Shown here piece by piece: positions 54,978-64,000 of a stretch of 64,000 nt of DNA (its first letter is position 1; every line of letters begins with the position of its first letter). The notes beneath the pieces are model-generated. The model was given only the letters and a program-made list of their open reading frames with translations. It was not told where the DNA came from and made no database searches. Origin of the DNA: an uncultured Chloroflexia bacterium (GTDB lineage Bacteria > Chloroflexota > Dehalococcoidia > DSTF01 > JALHUB01); the NCBI GenBank assembly GCA_963703345.1, contig OY969814.1, positions 1,056,001 to 1,120,000 of the forward strand. The letters run 5' to 3'. The position numbers were made by a program, and so were the translations under genes.

Positions 54978-55911
54978 CAACATTACGGAGCTCGTCGGCA
55001 ACACGCCTCTCGTCAGGCTGGAGAAGCTGTCCGGGGGCTCGACAGCGATGATAGTGGCGAAGCTGGAGTCGTTCAATCCCTGCGGCAGCGTCAAGGACCG
55101 CATCGGCCTCTCTATGATTCAGGCGGCCGAAGAGCAAGGGCTCATCAAGAAGGGCAGCGAGATCATCGAACCGACGAGCGGGAACACGGGGATCGGGCTG
55201 GCCTTCGTCTGCGCGGCAAAGGGCTACCGCCTGGTCCTCACCATGCCCGACACGATGTCCATCGAGCGCCGTCAGCTTCTGACGGCCTTCGGCGCACAAC
55301 TGGTGCTGACCGAGGGCGCCAAGGGGATGCCCGGAGCTATCGCCAAGGCGGAGGAGCTCGTGGCCCAAACACCGGGCGCTTTCATGCCGCAGCAGTTCAA
55401 GAACCCGGCAAACCCGGAAGTCCACCGTCGGACGACGGCGGAGGAGATCTGGCGCGATACGGACGGCAAGGTCGACATTCTGGTGGCCGGCGTCGGGACT
55501 GGTGGCACGATAACCGGCATCGCGGAGGTTATCAAGCAGCGGAAGCCGACGTTCAAGGCCATCGCCGTCGAGCCGGAGGGATCGCCGGTGCTCTCCGGCG
55601 GCAAGCCCGGCCCGCACAGGATACAGGGTATCGGCGCCGGCTTCGTGCCGGAGGTGCTACGGATGGACCTGGTCGACGAGGTTATCCAGGTGTCGGACAA
55701 CGAGGCTGGCGAGACCGCCAGGTGGCTGGCCCGCGAGGAAGGCATCCTCGTCGGCATATCTTCGGGCGCCGCTGCCTGGGCCGCCGGTCAGATGGCCGCG
55801 AGGCCGGAGAACGCCGGCAAGCTGATCGTCGTTATCCTCCCCGATACCGGCGAGCGCTACCTCACGACGTGGCTGTTTCGGATGGAGAACGCCTTCGCGC
55901 CGAAGACCTGA
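54961..55911 (+). CDS. cysK: Cysteine synthase A
   Basis: VGNTPLV, SVKDRIG (PLP lysine), [33 protein letters not shown]. Confidence 0.95.
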   Translation: MTKIADNITELVGNTPLVRLEKLSGGSTAMIVAKLESFNPCGSVKDRIGLSMIQAAEEQGLIKKGSEIIEPTSGNTGIGLAFVCAAKGYRLVLTMPDTMSIERRQLLTAFGAQLVLTEGAKGMPGAIAKAEELVAQTPGAFMPQQFKNPANPEVHRRTTAEEIWRDTDGKVDILVAGVGTGGTITGIAEVIKQRKPTFKAIAVEPEGSPVLSGGKPGPHRIQGIGAGFVPEVLRMDLVDEVIQVSDNEAGETARWLAREEGILVGISSGAAAWAAGQMAARPENAGKLIVVILPDTGERYLTTWLFRMENAFAPKT

Positions 55912-55964
55912 GGAGCCGGTCACACTGGGCAGGCGTGGAAATCGTGGCGCCCGGGTTGTCGGCC

Positions 55965-56591
55965 CTAGCGCGACAGGACGAATATCCCCGATGATGCGAG
56001 CAGGTTGGGGAACAGCCTGACTCTCCTCTTGTCTCCGACGAAGACGGCTTTGTTAATCTTGATCTCCCTGCGGCGGCAGTACTCGCTGAAGTCGGAGATG
56101 CTGAGGAAGTGCAGGTTCGGCGTGTCGTGCCATTCGTAGGGAAGCGACGGCGTTATCGGCGTCCGACCCCTGAAGAAAAGCTGGAAGCGCGCCGAGATGT
56201 GGGCGAAGTTCGGAAAGCCCAGTATCACCCACTTGCCCACCCGCAGCGCCTCCTGGAGCACCGTGTCTGGGCTCTTCACCTGCTGCAGGCTCTGGTTCAG
56301 CACTACGTAGTCGAACGACTTGTCGCCGTACTCCGGTAGCCCCGTGTCGATGTCGCCGTGGAGGACGCTCAGCCCCATCGCGACGCAGCGGTAGATCGCC
56401 TGCTCGTCGATCTCGATGCCCTGCGCGCGCGCCTTCCGCTCCCGCACCAGCGCCGACAGCAGCTCCCCGTTGCCGCAACCGAGGTCCAGCACCGACGAGC
56501 CGACCGGAATGAGCTCCACGATTAGCCGGTGCTCCAGCGTCAGAGCCGGGGCAGCCTTGTCGCGCGCTTCAGTCTCGTCCCGCACGGTCAC
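55965..56591 (-). CDS. metW: Methionine biosynthesis protein MetW
   Basis: [37 protein letters not shown]; follows metX. Confidence 0.93.
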   Translation of the reverse strand: MTVRDETEARDKAAPALTLEHRLIVELIPVGSSVLDLGCGNGELLSALVRERKARAQGIEIDEQAIYRCVAMGLSVLHGDIDTGLPEYGDKSFDYVVLNQSLQQVKSPDTVLQEALRVGKWVILGFPNFAHISARFQLFFRGRTPITPSLPYEWHDTPNLHFLSISDFSEYCRRREIKINKAVFVGDKRRVRLFPNLLASSGIFVLSR

Positions 56592-57780
56592 GGTAGACCC
56601 TTTCCAGGAAGTGGCGAATCAGGTGGGTCTCCTCGTCGGCTTCTAGCAGGAACGCGTCGTGGCCGTAAGACGAGGCGATCTCGCAGTACGTCGCGTCGAG
56701 GCCGGCGCGCTTGCAGGCCCGGACGATCTCCTGCGATTGGTACGCCGGGTAGAGCCAGTCCGACTTGAAGGCAATGACCAGGACCTTCGTGCTGGTGCCC
56801 TTGAGCGTCTCGCCCAGGTTCTTGCCCCCCGAGGCGTCGAACAGGTCGATGGCCTTGGTGATATACAGATAGGAGTTGGCGTCGAACCGGTCGACGAAGC
56901 TCCGGCCGCGGTACTGGAGGTACCCCTCGACCTCAAAGTCGGGGCTGAAGTTGAAGAACGGCTTCTCGCCCGTGAAGCGCCGCCCGAACTTCTCCGCCAT
57001 CGACTTGTCACTCATATAGGTGATGTGGCCGATCATCCGCGCCACGGCGAGGCCGGCCGCTGGCGGAGCGTCGTCGTAGTAGGCGCCCTCGCGCCAGTTG
57101 GGGTCGGCCATTATCGCCTGCCTGCCGACTTCATTGAAGGCGATCTGCTGCGGCGAGTGCTTGACGGCGGTGGCGATCGGAATCGCGCTCAGTATGCGTT
57201 CCGGCCGCGCGACCATCCACTCCAGCACCTGCATGCCGCCCATCGATCCGCCGGCGACCGAGAGCAACCGCCCTATTCCGAGGTGGTCGAGCAGATGCGT
57301 CTGGGCGGTGACGGTGTCGCCGACCGTCACGAAGGGAAAGTCGAGGCCGTAGGGCCTGCCCGTCGCCGGGTTTATCGAGGAAGGTCCGGTGGAGCCCTTG
57401 CAGCCGCCGACGACGTTCGAGCAGATGACGAAGTACTTGTCGGTGTCGAACGCCTTGCCCGGCCCGATCAGGTTGTCCCACCAGCCGGGGCGCCCGTCGT
57501 CCGCCGCGACGCCGGCCGCGTGCGCGTCGCCCGACAGCGCGTGGACGACCAGGACGGCGTTGGACTTCGCATCGTTCAGCCGGCCGTACGTCTCGTAGGC
57601 GAGGGTGATGGGCCCCAGCTTCTCGCCGCTCTCCAGCGTCAGTTCGGCCGGCGGCTCCGCGAACGTGAAGTAGCGCGTCTCGACGACGCCGATTTCGCGC
57701 GAGCCGGCAACGTCGCCCCGGTTGACCGAAGCGACGTCGCGCGCCGGCGAACGCCCTGCCGATGGCTGCTCCTGTGGCAT
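56569..57780 (-). CDS. metX: Homoserine O-acetyltransferase
   Basis: [34 protein letters not shown]. Confidence 0.95.
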   Translation of the reverse strand: MPQEQPSAGRSPARDVASVNRGDVAGSREIGVVETRYFTFAEPPAELTLESGEKLGPITLAYETYGRLNDAKSNAVLVVHALSGDAHAAGVAADDGRPGWWDNLIGPGKAFDTDKYFVICSNVVGGCKGSTGPSSINPATGRPYGLDFPFVTVGDTVTAQTHLLDHLGIGRLLSVAGGSMGGMQVLEWMVARPERILSAIPIATAVKHSPQQIAFNEVGRQAIMADPNWREGAYYDDAPPAAGLAVARMIGHITYMSDKSMAEKFGRRFTGEKPFFNFSPDFEVEGYLQYRGRSFVDRFDANSYLYITKAIDLFDASGGKNLGETLKGTSTKVLVIAFKSDWLYPAYQSQEIVRACKRAGLDATYCEIASSYGHDAFLLEADEETHLIRHFLERVYRDRAGRD

Positions 57781-57781
57781 A

Positions 57782-59688
<1,907 letters not shown>

Positions 59689-59716
59689 GATTTCCTCCTT
59701 TTGGCCCGAACGAGGC

Positions 59717-61558
59717 CTATCTTTGAATCGAAGCGGCAAGCTCCGCCGCGACGTCGAAGCGGCCGAACGAAGGCATCAGGCAGACGCCCTCCACCTTGCC
59801 GCGCACCTGCTGGAGCAGCTCACGCGCAATCGCCATGCCTTCCGCGAGGCCTTTCTCGCCGGCCAGGCGCATCCGCTCCCGAACGGCGTCCGGCAACGTC
59901 ACGCCACCCAGCTCATGATGGATGAACTCGGCGTGACGGTGGCTGTACAGCGGCATGATGCCCAGGATGACGGGCAGCTTGAATCGCTTGATCGCTTCCA
60001 GATACTCTGACGCCGCTTCCACGTCGAACACCGGCTGCGTGAGCAGGAAATCGGCGCCCGCCTCTTGCTTGCGACGCGTCGTCTTCATCTCGATGTCGAT
60101 CTGCCCCGTCGGGTTGGCCGCCGCGCCGACAAAGAACGACGCCGGCTGGCCGATGCTGCCGCCGGAGGAATCGACACCTTCGTTCATCCCCTTCAAGACG
60201 CGGATCAGCCCGATCGAGCCCACGTCCCAGACGCCGATGGCGCGGGCGTAGCCGGGGCCGCGCGGTGGGTCGCCGCGCAGGCAAAGGATGTTGCGTAGCC
60301 CCAGCGCGTGCGCGCCGATCAGGTCGGCCTCCAGCGCGATAAGGTTCCGGTCGCGGGTCGTGCAGTGGACGATCGTCTCCACGCCGACCTGCTGCGTCAG
60401 CATCACGGACATCGCTATGGCGCTCATGTGCGTGCGCGCCATCGGGCTGTCGCCGATGTTCAAGCAATCGACGCCAGCCTCCTTGAGCAGCGCCGCGCCG
60501 TCCAGGATCGGCCGGACGTTGAGGCCGCGCGGCGGGTCAACTTCCACGGTGACGACGAAGCGACTTGCCGCGAGCTTCTCGCGCAGCGTCTGCGGCTCTG
60601 GGCCTGCCGACGGCTCCCTCTCGCTAATGACGATGGGCGCCCGCCGCGACGCCGTCGCCGCCGGCACCGTCGCCGTCTCTCCCGACAGCGCCTGGTTCAT
60701 CGCCGCTATGTGCTCCGGCGTGGTTCCGCAGCAGCCGCCGATGACGGAGGCGCCGGCCTTTACGAACTTCGGGGCGTATTCGGCGAACGACTGCGGCGTC
60801 CCCGGATAGACTATCGTCTGCTGCCGGACCTGCGGCTGACCGGCGTTCGGTTGCGCCGAAAGCTTGACCGGCTTCGCCACGGCCATGCGCTTGACGATGT
60901 CGAGCGCGAGCTGCGGGCCCGGCACGCAGTTGACGCCGACGACGTTCGCGCCCAGGTCGCGCAGGGCCAGCGCCGTCTCGCCGGGCTCCTCGCCGGACCA
61001 CGTGCGGCCGTCGCGCTGGAACGATAGCTGGACCATCACCGGCAGGTCGTCGCCGCACTCGCGGACCGCCCGCAGCGCTTCCTTCGCCTCGGCTAGCGTC
61101 GGGAACGTCTCGATGGCGATGAGGTCCACGCCGGCCTCCAGCAGCGCCTCGATCTGCTCGCGGAAGACGCGGTACGCTTTCTTCAGTGTCACGTTCTCGG
61201 CGCCGGGCAGGCCGACGTCGAGCGGTCCGACGGCGCCGGCGATGTAGACCGGCTGGCTGGTCTGCGACTGCGCCTGCCGTGCTATCTCGACCGCGCGCCG
61301 GTTTACCTCGCGCAGCCTGTCCGCCAGGCCGAAATGCGCCAGCTTGAGGCTGTTGGCGCCGAACGTGTTCGTCTCGATGATGTCGGCGCCGGCGTCGACG
61401 TAGTCGGCGTGCACCTGGAGCACGACCGCCGGGTCGTCGAGGTTGAGCGCTTCGAGGCAGGCGTCGCCGGGCACGCCCCGCTCCCGCAGCAGCGTGCCGA
61501 TGGCGCCGTCGCAGAGGAGCGGCCTCTGGTCGAGAGTTGTCAGAAAAGGACTTCGCAC
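59717..61558 (-). CDS. yitJ: Bifunctional homocysteine S-methyltransferase / methylenetetrahydrofolate reductase
   Basis: DGAIGT, ETNTFGAN, GVNC, IGGCCGTTP, then VEVDPPRG, TTRDRN, GADFLLTQP. Confidence 0.9.
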   Translation of the reverse strand: MRSPFLTTLDQRPLLCDGAIGTLLRERGVPGDACLEALNLDDPAVVLQVHADYVDAGADIIETNTFGANSLKLAHFGLADRLREVNRRAVEIARQAQSQTSQPVYIAGAVGPLDVGLPGAENVTLKKAYRVFREQIEALLEAGVDLIAIETFPTLAEAKEALRAVRECGDDLPVMVQLSFQRDGRTWSGEEPGETALALRDLGANVVGVNCVPGPQLALDIVKRMAVAKPVKLSAQPNAGQPQVRQQTIVYPGTPQSFAEYAPKFVKAGASVIGGCCGTTPEHIAAMNQALSGETATVPAATASRRAPIVISEREPSAGPEPQTLREKLAASRFVVTVEVDPPRGLNVRPILDGAALLKEAGVDCLNIGDSPMARTHMSAIAMSVMLTQQVGVETIVHCTTRDRNLIALEADLIGAHALGLRNILCLRGDPPRGPGYARAIGVWDVGSIGLIRVLKGMNEGVDSSGGSIGQPASFFVGAAANPTGQIDIEMKTTRRKQEAGADFLLTQPVFDVEAASEYLEAIKRFKLPVILGIMPLYSHRHAEFIHHELGGVTLPDAVRERMRLAGEKGLAEGMAIARELLQQVRGKVEGVCLMPSFGRFDVAAELAASIQR

Positions 61559-61640
61559 CTTGATTCTTTGCCCCACTTGAGATGAAAGGGAAGTGATCTG
61601 AGGATAGCTAATCGACGCGCCTTGAGCAATCTGGAGAAGG

Positions 61641-62108
61641 TTAGCGCCGCCGGACCAGCAACAGGAGCCCAATGACGATGACGATCAGCGGCCAGAGCTT
61701 CGACCAATGGAACCAGCCGAGCAGATCGAGGTTGCCGAGGAGAAAAAGGGCGCCCAGGATGATGAGCAGGAGCCCGGCCAATGCCGCCGGCTCCAGGCGT
61801 CGCGGCTCCTCCGACGACACGCCCCGCAGCGTCGCGTGGACTTCGTTGCCGATCTGCCTGGCCGACGATGCCATGTCGTCGACGTTCTCGCGCAGCGACT
61901 CCCGCGTGCTCTTCCCCAACGACGCCTCGGCCGGAACGATGAGCCAGAGCAGCAGGTAGAGGACGACGCCGATGACACCGGCGGTGGCGACAGTGATGAT
62001 GGCGTAGATGACCCTCACAATCGTCGGGTCGATGTTGAAGTACTCGCCGAGCCCGCCGCAGACGCCGCCGAGAATCCGCTGCGTCGAGCTGCGATAGAGC
62101 CGTTCCAT
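61641..62108 (-). CDS. PspC-domain membrane protein
   Basis: RLYRSSTQRILGGVCGGLGEYFNIDPTIVR, plus a C-terminal LWPL membrane motif. Confidence 0.9.
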   Translation of the reverse strand: MERLYRSSTQRILGGVCGGLGEYFNIDPTIVRVIYAIITVATAGVIGVVLYLLLWLIVPAEASLGKSTRESLRENVDDMASSARQIGNEVHATLRGVSSEEPRRLEPAALAGLLLIILGALFLLGNLDLLGWFHWSKLWPLIVIVIGLLLLVRRR

Positions 62109-62234
62109 TTGCGCTGACCTCCGTGAAACCCATTATAGCAGCAGCGGCAGCGTCATCATCGAGGAACTCGGGCAGCGGAAGAACGTCGAGGGCCGGTCGA
62201 TATGCCGGCCCCCGCGTTGGTCGCCCTCAGAAGA

Positions 62235-62816
62235 CTATCCCAGGAGCAGTGTGACCAGATGGTGGCGCTTCACCCAGGGCAGGCGCTCGATCCAGGCGTC
62301 GAGGCCAAGTATGCGACCCGCGCCTAGAGCGCTGAGCAGGCCGAGCAGCAGAATGTAGACCAGGTGCTCGTCCATCCAGGGGTTCTGCGCCGGCGGGAAC
62401 TGCGCGAGGTAGTAAAGCATCATCATGATCGTGCCCCAGAAAGCGCCGGCGCGCGTGAATATGCCGAAGATTAGCGTCAGGCCGATTAGTATCTCTCCCC
62501 AGACGACGAGAGGGTTAATGATGTTCGTCGCCATCTGACTGCCGCCCAGGCTGTGGAACCAGAACGTGAGCGGCCCCTGCGTGGCGTGCAGCAAGAAGGG
62601 GGAGGCGGTGAACCCCCTGATCAGCTTGTCGAAGCCCGACCAGACGAATATCCAGCCCAACGTCAGACGCGCTACTAGCGTGAACGGTCCCAGGACGGAT
62701 TGAGCTAGTTGCTCGGGCAGCGCCTCCGTCCAGATGCGTTCTATGCCCGTCCTGCTTACAAGGCCGGCCCAGCCGGTCGCCCGTGTTTGTGGAATGGAGT
62801 GAGCTCTTGTGGCCAT
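62235..62816 (-). CDS. DoxX-family membrane protein (copy 2)
   Basis: RLTLGWIFVWSGFDKL, WGEILIG, GAGRILGLD; paralogue of 51475-52062. Confidence 0.88.
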   Translation of the reverse strand: MATRAHSIPQTRATGWAGLVSRTGIERIWTEALPEQLAQSVLGPFTLVARLTLGWIFVWSGFDKLIRGFTASPFLLHATQGPLTFWFHSLGGSQMATNIINPLVVWGEILIGLTLIFGIFTRAGAFWGTIMMMLYYLAQFPPAQNPWMDEHLVYILLLGLLSALGAGRILGLDAWIERLPWVKRHHLVTLLLG

Positions 62817-62857
62817 TTGTGCACCTCCTGTGTTCTAACTTCCCTGTTGTTACTTGC

Positions 62858-62925
62858 ATTGTAAGCGTGGAAAGTGTGCAAAGACAATGGTGGGAGCCGC
62901 GCACAGCGTGAAGAGACCGTGAAGA
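62858..62925 (-). promoter_or_regulatory. Promoter of doxX copy 2 with an upstream direct repeat
   Basis: Minus strand TCTTCAC-ggtc-TCTTCAC (11-bp period), then TTGTCT-18 bp-TACAAT. Confidence 0.5.
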
Positions 62926-62989
62926 AGCCTCGGTTGACGGGCGACGGCGAGTGCGCTGTAATTTGACGAAACGGTGTGAGGAGAGACAG

Positions 62990-63919
62990 ATGCGTTTGCT
63001 GACTTATCGACGAGAAGGCGTTGCGAGAGCGGGCATCGAGGTCGGCGGCTACGTCGTGGAGACGGCGAAGGCGTCGGAGCTGGGCGTCGACGGCCTGTCA
63101 GACGCCGGCGACCTGCTGGACCTACTGCGCGGCGGCGAACCCATGCTCGATGCGGCGCGACGGCTCCTCGCCGCCGTGGAGCGCCAGATCAGCGCCGGCC
63201 GCGCGGATGAGCTCGTCGCGCGCGGGATCGCGCACAGGTTCAACGACGTTGCGTTGATGGCGCCCGTGCCCGTACCGCCCAAGGTCGTCGCCATCGGCCT
63301 GAACTACCGCGACCACGCCCGCGAGCAGGGCGTGCCGGTACCGGAAAGGCCGCTCATCTTCGCCAAGTTCCCCACGTCGGTCATCGGCCCGGGCGAGGCG
63401 ATAACCTGGGACCCGCGCTTGACGCAGCAGGTCGACTACGAGGCGGAGCTGGCGGTCGTCATCGGCAAGAAAGCCCGCAACGTGAGCGAGGCGGAAGCGC
63501 TCTCTTTCGTCGGCGGCTACACCTGCGGCAACGACGTCAGTGCCCGCGACCTCCAGTTCGGCGACCGGCAGTGGGTGCGGGGCAAGAGCCTGGACACGTT
63601 CTGCCCGCTGGGACCCGCGCTCGTGACACCGGAAGAGGTTGGCGACCCGCGGTCGCTCGCTATCCGCGCGCTCCTCAACGGCGAGGTTATGCAGGACTCG
63701 TCGACCCGCGAGATGGTGTTCGGGGTAGCGGAGCTCATCGCTTTCGCCAGCCGCGCCTTCTCGCTGCTCCCCGGCGACGTCTTGCTGACCGGCACGCCGA
63801 GCGGCGTCGGCGTCTTTCGCAAGCCGCCCGTCTTCCTGAAGGACGGCGACCGAATAGCCGTGGAAATCGAGGGGATCGGACGGCTGGAGAACGTCTGCCA
63901 GACCGCGGCGGGGGACTAG
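62990..63919 (+). CDS. Fumarylacetoacetate hydrolase family protein
   Basis: IGLNYRDHA, DYEAELAVVIG, NDVSARD, GKSLDTFCPLGP, TGTPSGVG. Confidence 0.93.
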   Translation: MRLLTYRREGVARAGIEVGGYVVETAKASELGVDGLSDAGDLLDLLRGGEPMLDAARRLLAAVERQISAGRADELVARGIAHRFNDVALMAPVPVPPKVVAIGLNYRDHAREQGVPVPERPLIFAKFPTSVIGPGEAITWDPRLTQQVDYEAELAVVIGKKARNVSEAEALSFVGGYTCGNDVSARDLQFGDRQWVRGKSLDTFCPLGPALVTPEEVGDPRSLAIRALLNGEVMQDSSTREMVFGVAELIAFASRAFSLLPGDVLLTGTPSGVGVFRKPPVFLKDGDRIAVEIEGIGRLENVCQTAAGD

Positions 63920-64000
63920 CGGAGTGGCGAATAGGGAAGCGTGAACACGGGGAACATCCGCTCCACCGGCGCGTTCTGGCGAATGGCGCGGAAAAAGGCG

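Noticed and set aside
63926-64000. Start of a further plus-strand gene
   Set aside because: About 20 codons at the window edge; too little to support a call.

Overview
High-GC (roughly 60-65%) bacterial DNA. Gene content and protein style suggest Chloroflexota, probably Dehalococcoidia; this is an inference. Layout: (1) 1-17.4 kb is a CoA-dependent catabolic region: ABC substrate-binding protein, acyl-CoA dehydrogenase, two thiolase/OB-fold pairs, class I and class III CoA transferases, crotonases, SDRs and an aldehyde dehydrogenase. (2) 17.4-20.6 kb is an NLR-like locus: a stand-alone protein with 11 near-identical 126-bp WD40 repeats, then a DUF4062-NACHT gene. Each gene has one in-frame TAG. 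(3) 21-30 kb holds dodecin, two GGDEF/HD-GYP proteins, a methyltransferase, an acyl-CoA ligase and orphan ORFs. (4) 30.5-39.4 kb is a full-length cyclic beta-1,2-glucan synthase. (5) 40.7-48.9 kb is phoBR-pstSCAB-arsC-phoU. (6) 49.4-64 kb holds an Rrf2 regulator, metal/redox membrane proteins, LysM-NlpC/P60 and Cys/Met biosynthesis genes. No integrase, transposase, CRISPR array, rRNA or intact tRNA was found. The window does carry many recombination scars: four tRNA remnants, three copies of an att-like motif, and fragments of RHS, HerA-like, YVTN, acyl-CoA ligase, methyltransferase and Cys/Met lyase genes. The best candidate for an undescribed system is the split WD40-sensor / DUF4062-NACHT locus with HET-E-like repeat diversification. 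All calls come from reading the sequence and recalled motifs; no database searches were run.
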